Part shown: positions 9,618 through 17,895 of the stretch, piece by piece | How the letters are laid out: each line of letters starts with the position of its first letter | How positions within the stretch are numbered: the first letter of the stretch is position 1 | Assembly (NCBI RefSeq): GCF_000237865.1 | Contig: NC_017457.1 | Span: forward strand, 68,259 to 100,258 | DNA length: 32,000 nt | Direction of reading: 5' to 3' | Source: Haloquadratum walsbyi C23 | Lineage (GTDB): Archaea > Halobacteriota > Halobacteria > Halobacteriales > Haloferacaceae | Notes under the pieces: model-generated | Seen by the model: the letters and a program-made list of their open reading frames with translations, nothing else | What the model was told of the DNA's origin: nothing | Database searches by the model: none | Made by a program: the position numbers and the translations under genes

Positions 9618-9726
9618 TATTCAAATTTACGTTTTAATTATCTGATCGTACACTTGCTCGGCGGTTTGAATCCAGCATGGTGAAGCGTCACTTTTCGATG
9701 AGAAACGTAACTGCCCCTCCAATAAC

Positions 9727-10200
9727 TTAATTGGGGATAATCATCAGAGTAGTGAGTTTAATAAATTTCCACAGTTCAATCGGGGCACTATCGGGACTGC
9801 CTGAGCTTGCACCACCACTTCCGTCGATTATAAGCGAGAATCCAATCAAAAGGATTACACTAACGACAATTCCAAACACTGCAAACCCAATAGCATTAGC
9901 GGTACTACTATTGATACACCGTTGTCCAATACCGTAAGAGCCCCTTCCTGCAGTTGCATATCTAACAAAGGCTGCAATTAGTGGACCACTGAGCACTGCA
10001 AATGAGAGGATTATAATCGAAATAACGCCAGTAATTATTCCACCGGATATGCCCTCCCCTCCGGCAAATTGTAATAGGAGGATGATGGCAAGAAGTCCAA
10101 ACCCGACACCGATAACGAAATAAAATTGAATAGTTCGGATAATCAGTGGAATGTCGATGCCAAGAGCATCGCCTCCTCTAAATTCGGTTTTAAAAGGCAT
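9727..10200 (-). CDS. Hypothetical integral membrane protein (about 4 TM, Gly-rich)
   Basis: ATG at 10200 (MPFKTEFRGGDALGIDIPL...) followed by four long hydrophobic segments. Hairpin copy B lies immediately upstream. Confidence 0.6.
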   Translation of the reverse strand: MPFKTEFRGGDALGIDIPLIIRTIQFYFVIGVGFGLLAIILLLQFAGGEGISGGIITGVISIIILSFAVLSGPLIAAFVRYATAGRGSYGIGQRCINSSTANAIGFAVFGIVVSVILLIGFSLIIDGSGGASSGSPDSAPIELWKFIKLTTLMIIPN

Positions 10201-10208
10201 ACCGAGTG

Positions 10209-10258
10209 ATCTTATGTAAAATATTGTCTTGTTGAACCCCGGCTTTGTTACATAAGAT
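10209..10258. repeat. Palindromic hairpin element, copy B (11-bp perfect stem atcttatgtaa / ttacataagat, 28-nt loop), inverted relative to A and C
   Basis: Read directly. On the minus strand it begins cttatgtaacaa, like copies A and C. It ends 8 nt upstream of the minus-strand ATG at 10200. Confidence 0.8.
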
Positions 10259-10308
10259 AACATCGCTGAGAGAACGCTGCTAGTGTTGTATTTGCGTTTC
10301 TGGCGGGG

Positions 10309-10821
10309 TTAACTCCATTTGGGGTCTTCTTCATAGTCGTCTAAGCTAAAATATGACTCTTTACTTTTCTTAGATATTGTGCCATCCGAAGCGGATTTGT
10401 AGTTACTTTTAGAATCACCATCATTATGATCCCCATCCATTCCATTTTGCTCGTCAGGTTCTGCATTTATTTTCTGCTCCACCTGATTCACAATATCAGG
10501 CTCTACATCGGTTGCATCTTCGAGATATTGCATTAGTGAATCAGCCTCAGTTTCAGAGAGTTCTGGAAGAGAATCTGGTGAGAGTTCTGGGGCAGATTGG
10601 TCCTGTGGCTTGACTCCAGTTCCGTGAGTGTAGACTTCTCCTGCTGTCTTCAGCGGATTAATTAGCCCCCACGGAAGATCCTCGCTGTCGGAGTATCCGA
10701 GATCAGCAATGAACTCTTCAGTTTGAGAGGTCACTTGATATGTAACATGTCCAAGATTAGAGAGGCGTGCCTGGATATAATATCCACTGTTGTCATTATA
10801 TCTATTGAGTGTTGGTGTCAT
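10309..10821 (-). CDS. Hypothetical, very acidic protein (170 aa)
   Basis: ATG at 10821 (MTPTLNRYNDNSGYY...). The track start at 10833 is a GTG. Long acidic low-complexity C-terminal half. No recognisable domain. Confidence 0.6.
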   Translation of the reverse strand: MTPTLNRYNDNSGYYIQARLSNLGHVTYQVTSQTEEFIADLGYSDSEDLPWGLINPLKTAGEVYTHGTGVKPQDQSAPELSPDSLPELSETEADSLMQYLEDATDVEPDIVNQVEQKINAEPDEQNGMDGDHNDGDSKSNYKSASDGTISKKSKESYFSLDDYEEDPKWS

Positions 10822-11002
10822 ATGATGAATCACTCACATGCCTTGTGAGAAATTACCAAGGTTAATAGTAATTTCGCCCACTCTCGCCTGTCGCAACTAT
10901 TCGGTAGCGTAATAATAACCGAAGTGCGTCAGTTTTTGCAGGACTATTCAGTTTCACTCCGCCCACAGAAACAGTTAGTATTTACATATCGTTGTCATTT
11001 TT

Positions 11003-11191
11003 ATGCCAGGCTCGGTGAATCTTGGTGATCTACCAAGTTGGATACTGGTGATACTGATAGGATTAGGTATTTCAGTGGCGATTTCTAACGGGATGCTCGT
11101 TGGATATGGTCGTATTGCTCGTTTGATGATTCTCGGTGGAGTCATCTTAGGTGCAGTTTATTTCGTTATAGACCTATCAAACAAGCTCTAA
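11003..11191 (+). CDS. Small hypothetical two-TM membrane protein (62 aa)
   Basis: Two hydrophobic helices (WILVILIGLGISVAI; LMILGGVILGAVYFVI). It is divergent from the 10821 gene across an AT-rich intergenic region. Confidence 0.4.
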   Translation: MPGSVNLGDLPSWILVILIGLGISVAISNGMLVGYGRIARLMILGGVILGAVYFVIDLSNKL

Positions 11192-11305
11192 ATTTCTGAG
11201 GCGTCAGACATCGACCCCTCATTTTATTTCCACGTTGACAGATATAGTGTACACTCGTTGTATCAACGGCGAAAGGGACAGTGTTGCAAGCACTGCCCTA
11301 ACTAC

Positions 11306-11980
11306 ATGAAAATGTCAGTAAACATTGACGGAGATTCAATATCTCCATCGTCAAGTTGTACCACCGACGTTATTAAACAATTGATTTCTAAGATTCATGA
11401 GCAACATCAAACCATAGACAGTCTTGAATCTGAAATATCTGATATTCGTGATCAGTTAGCAACTCGTGCCAAGTCAGATGCAATCGATAAAAAACAGATC
11501 TCTGAACAAGAAGAACGGATATCAGAACTCGAGGACAAAACAGACGACTCAGAGACGTCTAAGGACCAGTCTTCCACCTCTGACTCCGAGGGTGAGGACA
11601 CGAACACGCAATCAACGGCTCTCGAACAAGTCGTTGCTCTTCCAGACGACGTTGCTACTGAGAATCTTACTTCTAATCAGAAACGGGCGAGGTCAATCGC
11701 TCGTCGGATTGATGAGTATGGCAAGTCTGTGCCAGCAGGTATCGCAATCACGTCAACTCGGATCCGAGACATTCTCTCAGGGCTGGAGGATAAGAGAATT
11801 CACAGGCAGACAGTCCAACGAGTCGCAGACTTCTTGAAACGATTTGGAGACTGTGAGATTGACACGAAGGAGACACGTGGAGGCAAGGACGTGGTAGTGT
11901 TCTCTGAATCAGTTGTCGAAGATATCACGAGTGTTGTGACGGGCACCAAGGATCTCGGTGTGACTCCAGCAATCATATAG
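11306..11980 (+). CDS. Coiled-coil protein with an acidic S/T-rich linker and a C-terminal putative winged-helix DNA-binding domain
   Basis: MKMSVNIDGDSISPSS... begins a heptad-like N-terminus. The C-terminus NQKRARSIARRIDEYGKSVPAGIAITSTRIRDILSGLEDKRIHRQTVQRVADFLKRFG looks like an HTH/wHTH. The N-terminus is paralogous to the ORF at 14692..14871. The TTG start at 11258 is considered less likely. Confidence 0.6.
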   Translation: MKMSVNIDGDSISPSSSCTTDVIKQLISKIHEQHQTIDSLESEISDIRDQLATRAKSDAIDKKQISEQEERISELEDKTDDSETSKDQSSTSDSEGEDTNTQSTALEQVVALPDDVATENLTSNQKRARSIARRIDEYGKSVPAGIAITSTRIRDILSGLEDKRIHRQTVQRVADFLKRFGDCEIDTKETRGGKDVVVFSESVVEDITSVVTGTKDLGVTPAII

Positions 11981-12270
11981 TCATAGTCGCACTCACTGGC
12001 AAGGAATAGTATTACACAATCAACATGTCAGCCTTTGTCTATACTAGCAAGTGAAGGAAGAACCTCTTTTATTCAGTAGTGTTTTGACTGAATGAAACGA
12101 GTTTGCTGAACAGGTGGAAAATTCAGCCATCACAACGAGTGTGACGCTGTCTCGAGTATCGTGCTGCTTGATCTCGGTCATTGTGTGATGACGAGCTTTT
12201 ATGATGTCTTCTAGAGGATTCATTTCTGCTGTGGCTCCATTCGCCTCATTCAAGAAAGTATCACGGAGTA

Positions 12271-12308
12271 ATTGGCAATGAGATGCCAACTATATCATTT
12301 CCACGAGA
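12271..12308 (+). repeat. Direct repeat copy 1 (26-bp perfect core atgccaactatatcatttccacgaga at 12283-12308, plus an attggca extension)
   Basis: Read directly. The identical 26-mer recurs at 13358-13383. Copy 1 ends 54 nt upstream of the lipoprotein ATG. Confidence 0.85.
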
Positions 12309-12362
12309 CTGATACTCAGTGCATATGTTTATATAAATCAATTTATATTATGTGATTGTCAT

Positions 12363-13262
12363 ATGCCTTCACGTCGTAACCTGCTGAAGATTGGAGCATC
12401 AACGTGTACTGCAACAATTATTGCTGGATGTTTTGGTGGTGATAGTGACTCTGAAGACACCAGTACAAATGTCCCTGAAGAAACGCCATCAGAGGAGGAG
12501 ACACCAACAGAGACAGACACTCCTGAGGATGTTTCTTTATTTGCTGACTACGGGATCAATGAAACTGGCTTCACTGTGGAACTCACACAAAGTGCTTTGG
12601 GAGAGGTAGCACAGATTCAGCTTGAGACACCATCTGAGGAGAGAATAATTGAAATACAAGAAACTATCACAGAGTATACATTTGAAATAGTATCTGACAG
12701 AGCAGGTGTTTGGTCACTCACCGCTCTCACCAGCAATGATGATGCTGTTGAAACAGTAGAAGTAGAGATTACATTTGAAGCATCCGTAGAGGAGATTGGA
12801 ACCTTAGCTCAGCTTGGAATTACAGGAGAATCTCCCGAGTACGAGCAAGTGCACATGCAAATGACGATTATAAATGATGGCGATGTTCCTCTCGAACCAG
12901 ACCAAGACAAGATTGAGTTAGTCGTACCAGGTCTTAATATCGACGTACCCACTTTTGATGCAGATACCTCATTCAGCGCAGAGGATGAGGACGATATTAT
13001 CACATCTGGAAATGATGGTATATATACAACCGCCACTGACTCACTGATCAGAGCACCATTTACTTTAGAAACGTATAATCTTCCAGATGGGGTCGACCGG
13101 GATGACCCCGTAGGTGAGTCATTTCAGGGTCAAATTAAGATTGTTTATGAGGCAGAAAGAGAGGACACTACGGTTCCAATAGATGTTATTATGGGTGATA
13201 ATGTGATGGAATTTAATTCTACATCTGTATATTATGAAGGGACAGAGGTAAAGAAAAGATAA
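12363..13262 (+). CDS. Secreted Tat-dependent lipoprotein with an acidic T/E/P-rich linker, function unknown
   Basis: N-terminus MPSRRNLLKIGASTCTATIIAGCFGG has a twin-arginine motif (SRRNLLK), a hydrophobic region and a lipobox-like IAGC. It is followed by a DSDSEDTSTNVPEETPSEEETPTETDTPED linker. Confidence 0.8.
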   Translation: MPSRRNLLKIGASTCTATIIAGCFGGDSDSEDTSTNVPEETPSEEETPTETDTPEDVSLFADYGINETGFTVELTQSALGEVAQIQLETPSEERIIEIQETITEYTFEIVSDRAGVWSLTALTSNDDAVETVEVEITFEASVEEIGTLAQLGITGESPEYEQVHMQMTIINDGDVPLEPDQDKIELVVPGLNIDVPTFDADTSFSAEDEDDIITSGNDGIYTTATDSLIRAPFTLETYNLPDGVDRDDPVGESFQGQIKIVYEAEREDTTVPIDVIMGDNVMEFNSTSVYYEGTEVKKR

Positions 13263-13344
13263 GATGCGGAACTGAGCCGACCTGCCATTTAGATTCATGT
13301 TATACTGTCCATGGGCAAGAAGAGAGGCTCGTGGAATCGCTCAA

Positions 13345-13383
13345 ATTGGCAGATGAAATGCCAACTATATCATTTCCACGAGA
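13345..13383 (+). repeat. Direct repeat copy 2 (26-bp perfect core at 13358-13383, plus an attggca extension)
   Basis: Read directly. It lies about 85 nt downstream of the lipoprotein stop codon. Confidence 0.85.
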
Positions 13384-13685
13384 TAGATTAACGATCCATG
13401 TTAACGGTGATTCGACAGATTGGCGATATGTGAACAGTATGGAGTAACCCGCTGGAAGGGCGGTCTTAGCACAACTGCCGGGGATTGTGTGTAGAGAAAA
13501 TACAAAGCCTGTTTTCGCACATCGGACGGTTGTTTGAATATGCAATTTTCAGAGATTGCCCCGTCACATCTCGTCATATCCCATCACGTTGACCCTGTGT
13601 TTAGAAACGATATTGAATACTGAACCGTTGAGTTACCTCACAGATACGGTAATCTCGGCACCATGTGCAAAAATTGAGACCAAAT

Positions 13686-14222
13686 CTATTCGCAGGATTT
13701 GACGGCAGTATCGGAACGCTTGGCTTGCTCTTGCCTGACTGCCGAAGCCATTTCTGTTGCATTTCGAGAGCTGAGTCTCACTTCTGTGCCATCGGTTCTC
13801 TCTATGTGTACCGTCCCCTCTATGTCTCCCCCAACGTACCGATGTTTATCAACCAAGATATCATCCGATAAGTCGCTCAAAGTGAGTAGAAGCGGGATAG
13901 CGTATCGGTACATCGGGCTGACATACTCTTCCATCAAGTTCTGAGTAGGGTTCTCCTCCACAGACTCGATCTCGGCATAATCAACGAGCTTAGTTCTCAC
14001 AATCCCGATCGGCAGTTGAACGATGTCTTTGTACACACCATCATCTTCCACGGTAATTTGAAATGTGAGAGACTTCAGCATAATCACGCATAGGACACAG
14101 ACGAGTAGCAAGGAGATGCCTAATCTCAATGAGAATAGAAAAGTAACCACAGTCGGGGCTACGAATATGGCGAGGAGCTTGTACGCCGTTCGATTTTGCA
14201 TCCTGAACCGTTCAGAGTACAT
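13686..14222 (-). CDS. Hypothetical membrane protein: N-terminal TM hairpin plus a soluble C-terminal domain (possibly bPH/DUF304-like; not verifiable here)
   Basis: ATG at 14222 (MYSERFRMQNRTAYKLLAIFVAPTVVTFLFSLRLGISLLLVCVLCVIML...), followed by an acidic domain of about 120 aa. The GTG at 14246 and the ATG at 14201 are alternative starts. Confidence 0.6.
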   Translation of the reverse strand: MYSERFRMQNRTAYKLLAIFVAPTVVTFLFSLRLGISLLLVCVLCVIMLKSLTFQITVEDDGVYKDIVQLPIGIVRTKLVDYAEIESVEENPTQNLMEEYVSPMYRYAIPLLLTLSDLSDDILVDKHRYVGGDIEGTVHIERTDGTEVRLSSRNATEMASAVRQEQAKRSDTAVKSCE

Positions 14223-14326
14223 ATGTCCTGAGTAGCCTACTGACACAATAGTGACGAGTCGTGGGTTGTCTGTTTGTGGTTGTTTAACTTGTGGTCAGTG
14301 TTGGTTCGTTGTTTTATTATACTAAC

Positions 14327-14518
14327 TCAGTACGGATTCCAGAAGTACACTAACCCACCATACAAGACTGCATTCACGCCTGCCAGTGAGAGTGCTGAAA
14401 GGAGGCTTCTGTCGGTGAACAGATACCCGCATACGAAAATGATCACGAACCAGAGGAGACCCTGCACAATCGGACTCTGTCCGAGTGACTGAATATCTGT
14501 GTCGACGAAGGACATCAA
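14327..14518 (-). CDS. Small hypothetical two-TM membrane protein (63 aa)
   Basis: Hydrophobic helices LLWFVIIFVCGYLF and LSLAGVNAVLYGGLVYF. Preferred over the overlapping 104-aa ORF (14322..14636) in another frame, which looks non-protein-like. Confidence 0.4.
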   Translation of the reverse strand: MMSFVDTDIQSLGQSPIVQGLLWFVIIFVCGYLFTDRSLLSALSLAGVNAVLYGGLVYFWNPY

Positions 14519-14691
14519 TTGTCGAGTTGGATTCGTCGAATAAAACGTCCGTTGAGACTCTCTCAGTCAGTAATTCATTTGTTATCATAGACGCAGGAAT
14601 AACTTCAATTATGATGTTGAAAAGTAGTGTTGACACTCGCTGTTATCAAACGGCGATGGACAGTGTAAGCGCACTTTCCTCAAAAGATACC

Positions 14692-14871
14692 ATGATTGGA
14701 ATTGAAGAGGATTCAATCTCCCCGTCGTCAGGTAGCGTAGAGAAGATAATTAATCAATTAGTCGAGACTATTCACGAGCTGCAAGACAGTCTGTCGGAAG
14801 TTCGTATCGGCTTAAAGAATCTGTTGAAGTCAAATTTGTGCGTTCTTAACCGAGTTTGGCGTCTAATATGA
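14692..14871 (+). CDS. Short paralogue (N-terminal coiled-coil part only) of the 11306..11980 protein, possibly a truncated remnant
   Basis: MIGIEEDSISPSSGSVEKIINQLVETIHELQDSLSEV aligns with NIDGDSISPSSSCTTDVIKQLISKIHEQHQTIDSLESEI. It lacks the linker and the DNA-binding C-terminus. The ATG at 14656 is an alternative start. Confidence 0.4.
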   Translation: MIGIEEDSISPSSGSVEKIINQLVETIHELQDSLSEVRIGLKNLLKSNLCVLNRVWRLI

Positions 14872-15178
14872 AATACTCAAAATTTAATCAGTATTCCTCT
14901 TGATCAGAGTTATCCGAGTCAGTATTGATTCTTCTATCTGATTGATAACGCTCTGCCCTGCCTTTGTTGTGCTCGTCGATATTAATTAGATAGTCCGGAA
15001 ATCAGTGTTCTCACAGCTGTATATCAGGTGAGGTATCGTCTGAGTGACCAATATTAATTCACCGGGGACAGGTGCTCCTGATCAACGAGACAATAATCAC
15101 TCATATCGTCTTGTTTGCGGGCTGTCTGGACAGTCGTTTTTGAAGCCCACCCGATTATCTGGATGTAATTTTGTTTTT

Positions 15179-15226
15179 ACCTTATGTAACAATCTGCTTT
15201 CACCCCGTTCAATTATTACATAAGGT
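15179..15226. repeat. Palindromic hairpin element, copy C (11-bp stem accttatgtaa / ttacataaggt, 26-nt loop)
   Basis: Read directly. It has the same 19-nt core and orientation as copy A, about 6.9 kb away. Confidence 0.8.
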
Positions 15227-15582
15227 TCAGATCAATTAGTTTTTTGAAATTGTGATTTTTGCATTCAGTACACCGTCCGTATTTAATCGTCGAGGACAAA
15301 CTCCGTGCTGTTTTCTTCACTCCTCGCTCACTACTTTTTCGTGATAACATACGCTTGACAGACGGGAGGTGTGGAGAACAGGATAATTAAAAAATTTCAC
15401 ATACTGACGTTTGAATAACAGTGAGACCACGATAGTCTTTAAGAGGTTTTATTCAACATATCATATGTCTTATGAGAGTAGAAAAATCATATAATAAATG
15501 ACTCACATACGGAGCACACTACGATTCGAATTGAGTCTGATACCACAGCCACAACCGATGATACAGTCATATCAATACTGTC

Positions 15583-16115
15583 ATGATCAAGAAAGAATCC
15601 TCAACTCCAAACGGCAAATTATCGCCAGCTGATATCCAACCCAGCACTAACCTCCCCGATGTCGACCTCTCCGGCATTGATCTTGTCAGCACTGACTTCA
15701 CGGATATTAATTTCTACGGTGCTGATCTCTCTGATACCAGTCTCGTGGATGCTAACCTCTCTGCGACCGACCTTTCAAACGCCAGCTTCGATGGTGCCGA
15801 CCTCTCAGACGTTGACCTTTCAGGTGCCGAACTCTCCGGCGTGAATCTCACGAGTGCAGATCTTACCGAGGCTGACCTCACTGACGCCAACCTTAGAGAA
15901 GCCGAACTCACCGCCGCTGACCTCACGCATATCACTCTTACACGTGCCAATCTCTCCTATGCCAAACTCGATAGAGCCAATCTCCGATACGCCTCTCATG
16001 GGCTCAGGTAAATAGTGCTGATATCACGGACGCCTGTCTCATTGAAGCCGATTTCTGCCACGCTGACCTCTCTTACACCGATCTTGGAAGAACCGATGTT
16101 CGGAGCACAAAATGA
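15583..16115 (+). pseudogene. Pentapeptide-repeat protein, interrupted by a frameshift near 15990-16008
   Basis: The 142-aa ORF is almost entirely A(D/N)LXX repeats (ADLSDTSLVDANLSATDLSNASFDGADLSDVDLSGAELSGVNL...) and stops at 16011. The repeat pattern continues in the -1 frame (..LSWAQVNSADITDACLIEADFCHADLSYTDLGRTDV) to the TGA at 16113-16115. Confidence 0.7.
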
Positions 16116-16633
16116 GTACAGTACGATTGTATCAAGTAAAGATGGACGAGTGCGAAGAAGGGTATGTCACTGAATCGTATCTCTCTCTACTCGGTGCGTG
16201 TGTCCATAGTGACGGTCAGTGGTGAACGGATGACCTCTATGGAATATTGTCCGTTAGAGTGTATATATAATCTCTCGATGGTTATTGATGCATTCACAAG
16301 GAATACCGTGGTTTGATACTAATACTCAATGTTGGCAACAGATGTTGATATGAATATCAGTACCTCAGACTTTCTGGAAGAGAGGCAGTGATTTCATCGA
16401 TTGGCTCTGGTGTGACAGCACGACCTTACGTAACAATTCGTCTCTCATTTTATCCGATAATAGACAAGATGGTGACATACCAACCTCTCAGAATCTTGAG
16501 CCGTCACCTCTCTTTGTCACGTGGAAGAGTATTTACTGATTGTAGTTTTATTTGTTACTCGACAGGTGCTAGTGGGAAAGCGCTCTCCATCCATGTCGTA
16601 CGAGATGCTGATAGAACGTAGTCTCAGATAATG

Positions 16634-17839
16634 TTAGTCTGCGTGTTGACCGATTATTTGTCCCACTCGACTTTCGGATTCAAGCACGTCGGCGATGATA
16701 TCCTCATCAGCATTGAATTCGTATTTATAATAGCTCCCACCGTTCGATCCTTTATTCACCTCCATCAGATTGATGAATCCCTTCAGCGATAGCTGATTCA
16801 GACGCCGGTGTAATGTCCGTGTCGATACGGTATCACGTCCGATCTGCTGTGCGATTGTCTTGTACTGGTCGTGGATCACTTTTCGTCTGACTGGTGTTCG
16901 TCCTTGTCGTGCCAGCGACAGTACTGTGTAGAGCACGACGTGACTTTGTGTTGGTAACGCTTCGAGTTCGTCTTTAACGACGCCACTCTGGACTTGGTGG
17001 TATGCCTTTGTGACATGAGAGTCTGTAATCGTCGAATCATTGTTGTCTCGTGCGATGAAACCCGCATTCGAGAGGATATTGATCGCTTCACGAGCGCTTC
17101 CGGTGCGCTGTGCGACTTTTGCAGCTGTCAATGGGATTACTTCTTCGGACAGTGCGCCGTCCAAGAACGCTTCATCAGCACGTTGTGAGAGGATTTCCTG
17201 TAACTGATCAGCATCATACGGCTTGAAGTGGATCTCGTGTTCACACAGCGTTGATTGGACACGGGCTGACAGTTCATCACGGAACTTGAAATTATTCGAA
17301 ATGCCGATCAGTCCGATTTTTGTCTCGGTAATGTTCCCGTTCGTATGTGCACGTGGGATTTGATACAACAGTTCATCATCAGATCTGAAACTATCAATTT
17401 CATCAAGCACGAACAGGACATGTGTGGCGTCGGTATCCTCAATATGTTCCCACAGTTTTCGATGTACTGTGGAACGGGGATAGCCTGTCGTGTGAATCTC
17501 CTGATTTCGGTCACGAAAATGATTCACGAGGTGACACGCAACTTGATAACTCGTTGCATCTTTACAGTTCTGCCAGACAACCTCGACGGAGACGTTGTCG
17601 AATTCAACCTGGTCCTCGAGCAACTCATCAAGTATCATTTCTGTTGCGAGTGTTTTCCCAACGCCGGTATCACCGTAGACGAAGATGTTTCGGGGACTGG
17701 CTCCATTAGCCACGCTCTGAAGCACTTCCACGTATGTAGACATCTCATCTTCTCGAGCAATGAGTGTGTCAGGCGTATATCCATCAGTAAGGACCTCCTC
17801 GTTATCGAACACGGCGTCAGTCTGTGTGAACCGTCCCAT
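16634..17839 (-). CDS. orc1: Orc1/Cdc6 replication initiator (AAA+ plus C-terminal winged helix)
   Basis: 401 aa. Walker A VYGDTGVGKT (17651-17674). Walker B FVLDEID. Sensor region GLIGISNN. C-terminal wHTH (LSLARQGRTPVRRKVIHDQYKTIAQQIGRDTVSTRTLHRRLNQLSLKGFI). Confidence 0.95.
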   Translation of the reverse strand: MGRFTQTDAVFDNEEVLTDGYTPDTLIAREDEMSTYVEVLQSVANGASPRNIFVYGDTGVGKTLATEMILDELLEDQVEFDNVSVEVVWQNCKDATSYQVACHLVNHFRDRNQEIHTTGYPRSTVHRKLWEHIEDTDATHVLFVLDEIDSFRSDDELLYQIPRAHTNGNITETKIGLIGISNNFKFRDELSARVQSTLCEHEIHFKPYDADQLQEILSQRADEAFLDGALSEEVIPLTAAKVAQRTGSAREAINILSNAGFIARDNNDSTITDSHVTKAYHQVQSGVVKDELEALPTQSHVVLYTVLSLARQGRTPVRRKVIHDQYKTIAQQIGRDTVSTRTLHRRLNQLSLKGFINLMEVNKGSNGGSYYKYEFNADEDIIADVLESESRVGQIIGQHAD

Positions 17840-17860
17840 ACTAGCCGTCTCTGACCCTAC

Positions 17861-17870
17861 CTATAAATAA
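17861..17870 (-). promoter_or_regulatory. Putative TATA box for orc1 (minus strand ttatttatag), consistent with a leaderless transcript
   Basis: An AT-rich TATA-like element is centred about 26 nt upstream of the orc1 ATG (17839). Its position fits archaeal TATA spacing. There is no experimental support. Confidence 0.4.
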
Positions 17871-17895
17871 CCACTGTGTGAACTGTGTCAAGTGA

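Noticed and set aside
12044-12289. The 81-aa minus-strand ORF (MASHCQLLRDTF...), and the similarly placed 13300..13545 ORF, as real genes or transposase fragments.
   Set aside because: Their 5' ends arise inside the 26-bp direct repeats, which explains the shared SRGNDIVGI-like string. The composition is not acidic and no domain is recognisable. The hairpin at 12071-12093 could serve either strand. Evidence is insufficient to call a CDS.
8264-15226. Interpreting hairpin copies A and C as the attL/attR sites of an integrated provirus or plasmid.
   Set aside because: There is no integrase or recombinase gene and no tRNA target in the window. A third, inverted copy sits inside the block at a promoter-like position. 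The idea is kept only as one of several hypotheses in the finding, not as a mobile_element feature.
15659-15950. ORFs 15659..15844 (+) and 15714..15950 (-), which overlap the pentapeptide-repeat gene.
   Set aside because: They are by-products of the 15-nt periodic repeat, which keeps alternative frames open. The A(D/N)LXX frame is the only one with a recognisable protein family.
16388-16621. The 77-aa plus-strand ORF downstream of orc1.
   Set aside because: It has a GTG start, a hydrophobic/basic non-halophilic composition and no motif. The region is better described as non-coding and contains the degenerate hairpin half-site at 16423-16440.
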